Shown here: positions 56,579 to 64,000 of the stretch, one piece after another
Layout of the letters: every line of letters begins with the position of its first letter
Numbering within the stretch: the first letter of the stretch is position 1
NCBI GenBank assembly: GCA_963783375.1
Contig: CAWANH010000028.1
Location: forward strand, 1,920,001-1,984,000
Direction of reading: 5' to 3'
From: Candidatus Eiseniibacteriota bacterium
GTDB lineage: Bacteria; Eisenbacteria; RBG-16-71-46; JABDJR01
Length of the DNA stretch: 64,000 nt
Translations under genes and position numbers: made by a program
The notes under the pieces: generated by a model
Database searches by the model: none
What the model was told of the DNA's origin: nothing
What the model saw: only the letters and a program-made list of their open reading frames with translations

Positions 56579-58471
56579 ATGAAGCGCGGACTGATACCCA
56601 TCATGCTCTTCGCCCTGGCGGTGGCCGGAACGGCCCCCGCCTTCGCCCAAGCTCCGCGACAGGACATCATTTGGGCCAGGCAAACCACCTCTGCCATCAC
56701 CCTGGACGGTAAGCTCGACGAAGCGGACTGGGCCAAGGCGGAGTCCACCATCGTGGTCTTCGGGACGGACAACGGCGTCCCGGGAAGCGGTTGGAAGATC
56801 GAGGGAGGCACCCTCCCCAACGACACCACCTACGCGGTGCTCAAGCTACTGGTCAAGGACAACCAGCTCTATCTGGGAGCGCAGATAAAGGACCGGTCGA
56901 TCGGTGGGTCCAAGGACTTCAACCGCTTCGACGGCCTCCTCATGAACATCCCGGACCACTCGATCGCCACCGCCCCCAAGCCGCCGACGGAGTACCTGTA
57001 CTCCTGGTGGTATCCCAATGAGGACAGCACCGGCGCGCCGGGCCAGCTCCCGAGCTTCAAGGGATCCTGGGCCCCGGACAGCGTGGGCGCCCCACGGGAC
57101 TCCACCCAGATCGCCAACTGGGACGCCGTCACCATCGTGCACGGCCTCTCCAATTCCGACGCGGTTCCCGACACCGGCTACACCGTGGAAATGCGCTTCA
57201 ACCTCACCCCCATGGGCTACGACGTCATGCAGCCCGGCGGGGGCATCATCGAGTGGAGCGTTTCCGTCTACGACTGCGACTGGCTGTGGCCGCTCGACGT
57301 GTTCCACCTGAGCTACAACCGGGTGTGGTGGCAGAACCCGTGGGGAAACACCTACTGGTACGATCTCGTCCACGTCTTCTCGCGTCCGAGCGTGACGGTG
57401 AACTCCGGAGCGGTGCCCTACGTGGGACCGGAATACTACGTCCCGGACGGAAACGCCTATGCCGCGCCCACCGTCGACGGCCAGCTGGACGAACCCATCT
57501 GGAGCCAGATCCAGGGCTTCGACATCCGGTACGACGACGACCCCCTGCGCCAGACCTATCCGGGCATCGGACCCTACCGGTCCGGCCAGTACCAGGCCCC
57601 GGTGAACGGCCGCACCGACGCGGTGCTCGATCCGGGCGACGCCACGGTCAAGATGTTCTTCCAGGACAGCACGCTCTACATGGGCTTCGACGTGCGGGAC
57701 CAGGCGGTGCAGTACGTCTCCAACTTCGATCGTTGGGACGGCATCCTCCTCACCTTGAACGACCGGACGCTCCGGAATGCGGACAACGTGCTTTTGCCCC
57801 GCCGGCTGTCGTTCCAGGTGGGGGCGAGCGGGAACGCCGTGCCCTCGGACTATCTGGCCACCCTGGTGAACGAGGGAGGCGCGGAGGTGGCGATACACCT
57901 CAACGCGGGGACCACGGTTGACACGCTGGGGGCGTCGGCGGACAACGGGTACACCGCGGAACTCAAGATCCACCTCACGCGATTGGGCTATCCCCCCGAC
58001 CTGGGGGACGGCTCCCTGTTCATCGGGATGTGCCTGCTCGACGGCGACACGTTCAACTCCCTCAGCATCGCCACCGGAACCCGGACCTGGTGGTTCCGGC
58101 AGTACGAAGGCGACTGCTGCGCGGCCTGGGCCTACCTGGCCTCGGGCACGTCGGTCACCGGGGTGGAGAACCCTCCCATTCCGGTCACCCAGCGCTATAC
58201 CCTGATGGGCAGCTTCCCGAACCCGGCTTCCCGCACCACGATCCAGTATTCGCTGGGCGCGCCGAGTGAGGTGAACCTGGAGATCTTCGATGTCTCCGGC
58301 CGCCTGGTCACCAGCCGGGACCTGGGCGTCCAGGAGGCGGGCGTGCGGAACGCGGCTTATGACGGGAGCGGACGGGCCGCGGGCGTGTACCTGTACCGCC
58401 TCAAGGTTTCCGATCCCGCCACCGGATCGTTGCGGGCCGTGCTTCACGGCCGCATGGTCCTCACCCGGTAA
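56579..58471 (+). CDS. Secreted protein with two CBM9/DOMON-like domains and a T9SS type A/FlgD-like C-terminal domain
   Basis: Signal peptide; repeated I.LDG.LDE..W and GYT.E motifs; FPNP..T.IQYSL...LEIFDVSGRLV...AGVYLYRL. Confidence 0.75.
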   Translation: MKRGLIPIMLFALAVAGTAPAFAQAPRQDIIWARQTTSAITLDGKLDEADWAKAESTIVVFGTDNGVPGSGWKIEGGTLPNDTTYAVLKLLVKDNQLYLGAQIKDRSIGGSKDFNRFDGLLMNIPDHSIATAPKPPTEYLYSWWYPNEDSTGAPGQLPSFKGSWAPDSVGAPRDSTQIANWDAVTIVHGLSNSDAVPDTGYTVEMRFNLTPMGYDVMQPGGGIIEWSVSVYDCDWLWPLDVFHLSYNRVWWQNPWGNTYWYDLVHVFSRPSVTVNSGAVPYVGPEYYVPDGNAYAAPTVDGQLDEPIWSQIQGFDIRYDDDPLRQTYPGIGPYRSGQYQAPVNGRTDAVLDPGDATVKMFFQDSTLYMGFDVRDQAVQYVSNFDRWDGILLTLNDRTLRNADNVLLPRRLSFQVGASGNAVPSDYLATLVNEGGAEVAIHLNAGTTVDTLGASADNGYTAELKIHLTRLGYPPDLGDGSLFIGMCLLDGDTFNSLSIATGTRTWWFRQYEGDCCAAWAYLASGTSVTGVENPPIPVTQRYTLMGSFPNPASRTTIQYSLGAPSEVNLEIFDVSGRLVTSRDLGVQEAGVRNAAYDGSGRAAGVYLYRLKVSDPATGSLRAVLHGRMVLTR

Positions 58472-58554
58472 CCCCCCCGGCGGATCGGGCGGGACGAGGC
58501 CTCCGCGCCCCGCCCCGTCCGGTCGCCGGGATTCATCGAAGCAAAGGAGACGCG

Positions 58555-61221
58555 GTGGCAGGCCACAGGAGCCGGACGGCGGTGGGGATGGCCGTCCTCG
58601 GAATCGGGATGCTGTGCGTGGTGGCGGCGGCCATGGCGGGCACCACCGGCAAGATCGCCGGGACGGTGACCGACCAGGACGGGAAACCGGTGGTGGCGGC
58701 GACGATCAAGGTCGTCGACCAGCCGATGGGCGCCTACGCGGATCAGAACGGCCAGTTCACGATCCTGAACGTTTCGCCGGGGACCTACGAGGTGAGCATC
58801 GGCCGCCTGGGTTACCGGACCACGGTGGTCAACAACGTCGCGGTGTCGGCGGACAACACCACCCGCCTCGACGTGACCATCAAGGAGGCGGCGGTGAAGA
58901 CCGAGGAGGTCGTGGTCACCGCAAAGCGGCCCATGGTGGACGTGAACCTCACCAGCACCCGGGCCACCCTCTCCAGCAAGGAGATCGAGAACCTCCCGGT
59001 CCAGGAGCTCGAAGACGTGGTGAACCTCCAGGCCGGTGTGGTGAACGGCCATTTCCGCGGCGGCCGAATCGGCGAGGTGCAGTACCAGGTGGACGGCGTG
59101 AGCGTGAACAACGCCTTCAACAACACCTCGGCGGTGCGGGTGGATCGCTCCCTGCTCCAGGAGGTCCAGGTGATCAGCGGGACCTTCGACGCGGAGTACG
59201 GCCAGGCCATGAGCGGGGTGGTCAACGCCGTGCTCAAGACGGGGACCAGCAAGTTCCAGTGGGGCGGGGAGGCCTTCACCGGCGGCTACGTCTACCCCGG
59301 GGACGGCAGCGCCCGCCTCATGTCGGACAAGGTGCATCCCTTCGCCCTCCAGAACTACCAGATCAACCTGAGCGGACCCCTTCCCCTCGGGAAGACCGTG
59401 TATCTCCTGAGCGGCCGGCGCTCCCTCTCCGACAGCTGGGTGTACGGTGAGCGGCGGTTCGTCCCCACCGACTCCTCGGACTTCGAGAACAAGGTGTTCA
59501 ATCCCACCGGGGATCGGAAGCGCGTCCCCCTGGGCTACTCCCGGGAATGGTCGGGGGTGGTGAAGATCACCAACACCTCCATCGCCAACACCAAGCTCAA
59601 CTACCAGGCGCTCCTGAACCGCGTGGACGGACGCCAGGACGATTGGGCCTATCGCCTGAATCCCGACGGTCTCTCCAAGCAGTGGACGTTCGCCATCTCC
59701 CACGGCCTGGACATCAACCACACCCTGGGGAAGGCGTCCTTCGTGAACCTGGCCTTCCGGCAGAACTACCTGCACTACAAGGACCGCGTCTACGACAACG
59801 TCTACGACGCGCGGTACGACTCGGCCGGGGCGCCGACCGGCGACCCGACCTACGATATGGGGGCCTTCGTGCAGGGGGTCTCGTTCACGCGCTTCGAGCA
59901 GGAGACCAACACGCGATTGTTCGACGGCTCCCTGGTGAGCCAGGTGACCCCCGAGCACCAGGTGAAGGCCGGGCTGGAGCTGCAGTTCCCCAAGGTCCGC
60001 TTTGGATCTCCGGGTTCCCTCACCTACACCACGGTCAACGGCGTTCTGACCCTGGTCCGGCACGAGAACGACCCGCCCGACTATCCGGGGGTGGAGGAGT
60101 ACAATCCGGTCTTCGGAGCCACCTACCTCCAGGACCAGATGGAGCTGAAGGATCTCACGGTGCGGGCAGGGGTCCGCCTCGAGTACTTCGACGCGCGCTC
60201 CACCGTCCCCAGCGACCTGGCCAACCCGGCCAACGCCATCGCCGGGGCGCCGGAGTCGCACCAGAAGGGCACCACCGTCAAGACCAGCCTGGCCCCGCGA
60301 TTGGGGGTGGCCTATCCCATCACCGATCGGGCGGCCATCCATTTCGCCTACGGGCACTTCTACCAGTTCCCGGCCATCGGACAGATCTTCTCGAATTCGG
60401 ACTACCGGGTGCTGGCCAACATCCAGGCCGGGGGGATCAGCTACGGGGTGCTGGGGAATCCGGACGTGAAGCCCGAGAGAACGGTGCAGTACGAGTTCGG
60501 GTACAAGCACGCGCTGACCGAGGACCTGGGGCTGGACGTCACCGCGTTCTACAAGGACGTTCGGGATCTCCTGGGGGTGGAGTTCGTCTCGACCTACAAC
60601 GGGGCCGAGTACGCGCGGCTGGCCAACGCCGACTTCGGAAACGTGGTGGGGCTCACCCTCTCCCTGGACGATCGCAAGCTCGGGCCGGTCTCGTTCACCA
60701 TGGACTACACCTGGCAGCTCGCGACCGGGAACTCCAGCGACCCCCGGGAGACCGCGACCCGGGCGGCGGCGGGGGAGGACCCCCGGCCGCGGATCGTTCC
60801 GTTCAACTGGGACCAGCGGCATACCTTCAACATGACGGTGTCCATGAACCGGTCCGGCGACTACACCGCCAGCGCGGTGCTCCGGTTGGCCAGCGGCCAG
60901 CCGTACACCCCGGTCATCACCTCCGGTTTCGGGCACGGACTCGAAGACAACTCCGGGCGGAAGCCGGCGGGAATGCTCCTGGATTTCCGGGGGGAGAAGT
61001 TCCTGGGATTCGGCCACCCCCAGGTCAGCGTGTTCGGACGGGTGTTCAACGCCTTCGACACCCGGTACTTCAACAACTCGGTCTTCCCCAGCACGGGGAG
61101 CCCGTACTACTCGCGATTCCCCAGATCGGACGAGAACGCCCTCGCCAATCCCACGCGCTTCTACGAACCGAGGCGATTCGAGATGGGGATCACGGTGAGG
61201 CCGGGAGGCGGGAACTCATGA
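58555..61221 (+). CDS. TonB-dependent receptor with carboxypeptidase-regulatory-like N domain
   Basis: AGTTGKIAG.V.D, HFRGGR..EV.Y.VDG, SG.F.AEYG.A.SGVVN, GNPD.KPE.T..YE.G, C-terminal PRR..MG. Confidence 0.9.
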   Translation: MAGHRSRTAVGMAVLGIGMLCVVAAAMAGTTGKIAGTVTDQDGKPVVAATIKVVDQPMGAYADQNGQFTILNVSPGTYEVSIGRLGYRTTVVNNVAVSADNTTRLDVTIKEAAVKTEEVVVTAKRPMVDVNLTSTRATLSSKEIENLPVQELEDVVNLQAGVVNGHFRGGRIGEVQYQVDGVSVNNAFNNTSAVRVDRSLLQEVQVISGTFDAEYGQAMSGVVNAVLKTGTSKFQWGGEAFTGGYVYPGDGSARLMSDKVHPFALQNYQINLSGPLPLGKTVYLLSGRRSLSDSWVYGERRFVPTDSSDFENKVFNPTGDRKRVPLGYSREWSGVVKITNTSIANTKLNYQALLNRVDGRQDDWAYRLNPDGLSKQWTFAISHGLDINHTLGKASFVNLAFRQNYLHYKDRVYDNVYDARYDSAGAPTGDPTYDMGAFVQGVSFTRFEQETNTRLFDGSLVSQVTPEHQVKAGLELQFPKVRFGSPGSLTYTTVNGVLTLVRHENDPPDYPGVEEYNPVFGATYLQDQMELKDLTVRAGVRLEYFDARSTVPSDLANPANAIAGAPESHQKGTTVKTSLAPRLGVAYPITDRAAIHFAYGHFYQFPAIGQIFSNSDYRVLANIQAGGISYGVLGNPDVKPERTVQYEFGYKHALTEDLGLDVTAFYKDVRDLLGVEFVSTYNGAEYARLANADFGNVVGLTLSLDDRKLGPVSFTMDYTWQLATGNSSDPRETATRAAAGEDPRPRIVPFNWDQRHTFNMTVSMNRSGDYTASAVLRLASGQPYTPVITSGFGHGLEDNSGRKPAGMLLDFRGEKFLGFGHPQVSVFGRVFNAFDTRYFNNSVFPSTGSPYYSRFPRSDENALANPTRFYEPRRFEMGITVRPGGGNS

Positions 61222-61274
61222 CCGGCGGGGAACGGAGGAGGTTTCGTGAGGCGAAGGAGATCGGTGTGGCGCGC

Positions 61275-64000
61275 ATGATCAGGGTGCGGAGGCTCGCGCT
61301 GGCCGCGGTCGCTCTCGCCGCCCTGGCCTGGCTGGGGATCGCCTGGGCCGGCGTGCCGACCCCGGTGCCCAAGAACCAGCGGGGGCGTCTGGACGCGGAG
61401 CGGTCCGGCACCCACGACGCGGCGAACATCCGGACCTTGTTCTGGAACTACGGCATGGTGGGAGACTATCCCCCCGATCCCGGAAACGTGGATCTGAGCG
61501 TGTTCCATTCCGTCGAGGTGCCCAAGGGCAGCGGCATGGACTACTCGGATGGGATCACCCCCTTCGTGCTGGCCAAGATCAAGCAGCGGAACGGACTCGA
61601 CGCCTACATCATGGAGACGGGGTTCCGCGAGCGCCAGGCCACCAGCCCCTACTACAACCGGATCATGCGGTTCGAGCCGCGGCCGGGCTACTTCCAGGCC
61701 GACCCCAGCATCAACAAGGGCCGCTCCCCGGCCATCAGCAACGATCCCCGGACCTGGCCCGACTTCTGGCCGGACAAGCTCGACCAGGCCGACGACCCGG
61801 GGTGGAAGGGGAGCTGGGACGGCTACTTCGGGAAGGTCCCTAACGCCGACCAGGAAAGCTACATGGTGATGGACGACGACTTCTACGACGCCTGGGACTT
61901 CCGCCCGGACAGCCGGGACTCCACCCGCCGGGGGCTGGGGCTCAGGATCGAAGTCCGCGGGTTCCAGTGGGCGAACCCCCAGGCCCAGAACGTGATCTTC
62001 TGGCACTACGACATCACCAACGAGGGGACCACCGACTACGACGACAACATCGTCTTCGGCCTCTACATGGACTCCGGGGTGGGCGGGTCCGCTCTCTCCT
62101 GCGACGGGATCTACGAGTCGGACGACGACAACGCCTATTTCGACCGCACCATCAACGACCAGATCCTGAACCTGGTCTACACCTGGGACAACCACGGGAC
62201 CGGGGTGGACCTGACCAGCAACTGCGCCCGCACCGGGTACCTGGGCTACGCCTATCTGGAGACCCCGGGGAACGCCACCGACGGTATCGACAACGACAAC
62301 GACGGGATCACCGACGAGGTCCGCGACGGCGGCCCCGGGGACGTGATCGAGGGGAAGGACGCCATCCGGGCCTACGTCGAGAGCCACTACAACATGGTCA
62401 AGTTCGTGGCCACCTACGGACCGCTGGAGAATCGCCCGCCGTATCGGGCCGGGCGCTGGTGGACCGGCGACGAGGACATGAACTGGAACCAGGAAATCGA
62501 CGACGTGGGGGCGGACGGGGCGCGGGAGACCGGGGACCTCGGGGAAGGGGACGGGATCCCCACCGAGGGCGAGCCGAACTTCGACCGCACCGATCTCAAC
62601 GAGTCGGACCAGATCGGGCTCACCGGTTTCAAGCTGAACCGGATCAAGGCCGGCCAGGGAAACCCCAACACCGATGTGGACGGGATCGTCTTCTACACCG
62701 ACAAGGCCAACTGGCCCCAACGGCTCTACGAGCAGTTCACCGATCCCGATTCGTCCAAGCGATACGATCCTCCGCTGACCACCAACTACAACATCGGCTT
62801 CCTGTTCGCCTCGGGTCCCTTCGTCCTGAAGGCGGGAAAGACCGAGCGGTTCAGCTTGGCCCTGGCCTACGGGGGGGATCTGAACGAGCTGAAGCGCACG
62901 GTCAAGGTGGTCCAGCAGATCTACAACGCGAACTACCGGTTCGCGGTTCCCCCCGAGCTCCCGACCCTCACCGCCGAGTCGGGCGACGGCTACGTGCAGC
63001 TCTCCTGGGACGACGTGGCCGAGCGCGGGGCGGATCCGGTCACCGGCCAGTACGATTTCGAGGGGTACCGGATCTACCGATCCACGGATCCCGAGTTCCG
63101 GGATCCCCGGGTGATCACCAACGCCACCGGAACCGGGCCGGTCGGAAACGGTCGTCCGATCGCCCAGTGGGACCTGGTGGACGGGAAGAACGGATTCTCC
63201 AACATCACGGTGGAGGGGGTCGCCTACTACCTGGGGAACGACTCCGGGATCATTCACCACTGGACCGACACCACCGCGACCAACGGCCAGCAGTACTACT
63301 ACGCGGTTACCGCCTACGACTTCGGCTCGGATTCGCTGGCCTTCTACCCCTCGGAGAACTCGATCGCGGTGTCGCGGACCCCCCGGGGCGGCACCATTCT
63401 CCCCAAGAACGTGGTCTCGGTGCGACCCGAGCCGAAGGTCCTGGGATACGTGCCCGCCTCCACCGACGACGTCCAGCACGTCGCCGGCGACGGCACGGGC
63501 GCGGTGGCGATCCATGTGGTGAACTCCAACCTGGTTCCCGACGGCCATCTCATGAAGCTCGGGTTCACCTCGCCGTCCCCGGACAGCATCCGGGCCCGGA
63601 CCTACTCCCTGGTGGACAGCACCACCCACCAGACGGTGATCAAGATCGGGGAGGATCTGGAGGGACTGGGGATCGGTCCGGTGGGCGCGGGGCTCCTGCC
63701 GGTGGTCCAGACCCAGCAGATACCGGCGGTGGATCCCTCACGGACCGGCTTCGCGGAGGGGAGCCCCACCAACGCCGGGCTCCTGGTGAGCTACAAATCC
63801 GGCCTCTCCCCCGATTTCCGGCGTCCCGGCTACCCGGACGACTTCACCGTCACGTTCCACGACGAGGTGGTGGACACCTCCCTGGTGGTCTTCCCGTTCA
63901 AGGTCGGTCAACCGGCGAAGTTCAACGTGGTCATCCACGCTCCCGAGGGCGACCGGCGCGCGGACTTCATCTTCTACGATCCGGACAAGGATGGGACCCT
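61275..64000 (+). CDS. Very large secreted hypothetical protein (runs off the right edge)
   Basis: Manual translation: MIRVRRLALAAVALAALAWLGIAWAGVPTPVPKNQRGRLDAERSGTHDAANIRTLFWNYG...; DGIDNDNDG and DDVGADG acidic motifs; FN3-like FEGYRIYRS and YYYAVTAYD. Confidence 0.85.
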   Translation, partial: MIRVRRLALAAVALAALAWLGIAWAGVPTPVPKNQRGRLDAERSGTHDAANIRTLFWNYGMVGDYPPDPGNVDLSVFHSVEVPKGSGMDYSDGITPFVLAKIKQRNGLDAYIMETGFRERQATSPYYNRIMRFEPRPGYFQADPSINKGRSPAISNDPRTWPDFWPDKLDQADDPGWKGSWDGYFGKVPNADQESYMVMDDDFYDAWDFRPDSRDSTRRGLGLRIEVRGFQWANPQAQNVIFWHYDITNEGTTDYDDNIVFGLYMDSGVGGSALSCDGIYESDDDNAYFDRTINDQILNLVYTWDNHGTGVDLTSNCARTGYLGYAYLETPGNATDGIDNDNDGITDEVRDGGPGDVIEGKDAIRAYVESHYNMVKFVATYGPLENRPPYRAGRWWTGDEDMNWNQEIDDVGADGARETGDLGEGDGIPTEGEPNFDRTDLNESDQIGLTGFKLNRIKAGQGNPNTDVDGIVFYTDKANWPQRLYEQFTDPDSSKRYDPPLTTNYNIGFLFASGPFVLKAGKTERFSLALAYGGDLNELKRTVKVVQQIYNANYRFAVPPELPTLTAESGDGYVQLSWDDVAERGADPVTGQYDFEGYRIYRSTDPEFRDPRVITNATGTGPVGNGRPIAQWDLVDGKNGFSNITVEGVAYYLGNDSGIIHHWTDTTATNGQQYYYAVTAYDFGSDSLAFYPSENSIAVSRTPRGGTILPKNVVSVRPEPKVLGYVPASTDDVQHVAGDGTGAVAIHVVNSNLVPDGHLMKLGFTSPSPDSIRARTYSLVDSTTHQTVIKIGEDLEGLGIGPVGAGLLPVVQTQQIPAVDPSRTGFAEGSPTNAGLLVSYKSGLSPDFRRPGYPDDFTVTFHDEVVDTSLVVFPFKVGQPAKFNVVIHAPEGDRRADFIFYDPDKDGT

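Noticed and set aside
1-64000. tRNA, rRNA, transposase or integrase genes
   Set aside because: None recognised by eye; short RNAs could have been missed.

Overview
GC-rich bacterial window with two large coherent loci. (1) 1-32.8 kb: a near-complete flagellar cluster. It holds a partial flagellin (minus strand, runs off the left edge), flgL, a receiver-less sigma54 enhancer-binding protein, flgBC-fliEFGHIJ-fliK-flgDE, fliLMN-fliO/P(fused)-fliQR-flhBA-flhF-fliA, flgFGAHIJ-flgN-flgK and motAB. Its cis-regulation is readable in the DNA: three sigma54 promoters, three sigma28-like promoters and a recurring 15-bp palindrome that is probably the enhancer. flgM and flhG are missing from their usual slots. 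A lower-GC three-gene insertion (wHTH, nucleotidyltransferase-like, AAA ATPase with a half attC site) interrupts the cluster. (2) 34.9-64 kb: a TonB/ExbBD-TPR-PstS-like operon next to a probable beta-1,2-glucan utilisation locus (GH144, sugar ABC transporter, discoidin-domain GH-like protein, GH1, GH94, LacI, a T9SS-type secreted protein, a TonB-dependent receptor and a very large unknown secreted protein, no SusD). An ECF sigma/anti-sigma pair lies between the loci. A 137-bp palindrome-rich tandem repeat with tyrosine-recombinase-like inverted sites borders a higA/truncated higB insertion, and a degenerate copy borders the flagellar insertion. The T9SS-type C-terminal domain and a C-terminal WGxLK motif suggest an FCB-group candidate phylum such as Eisenbacteria or Krumholzibacteriota (inference). 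Two apparent single-base frameshifts in G runs may be sequencing errors. All calls are from motif recognition by eye; no searches were run.
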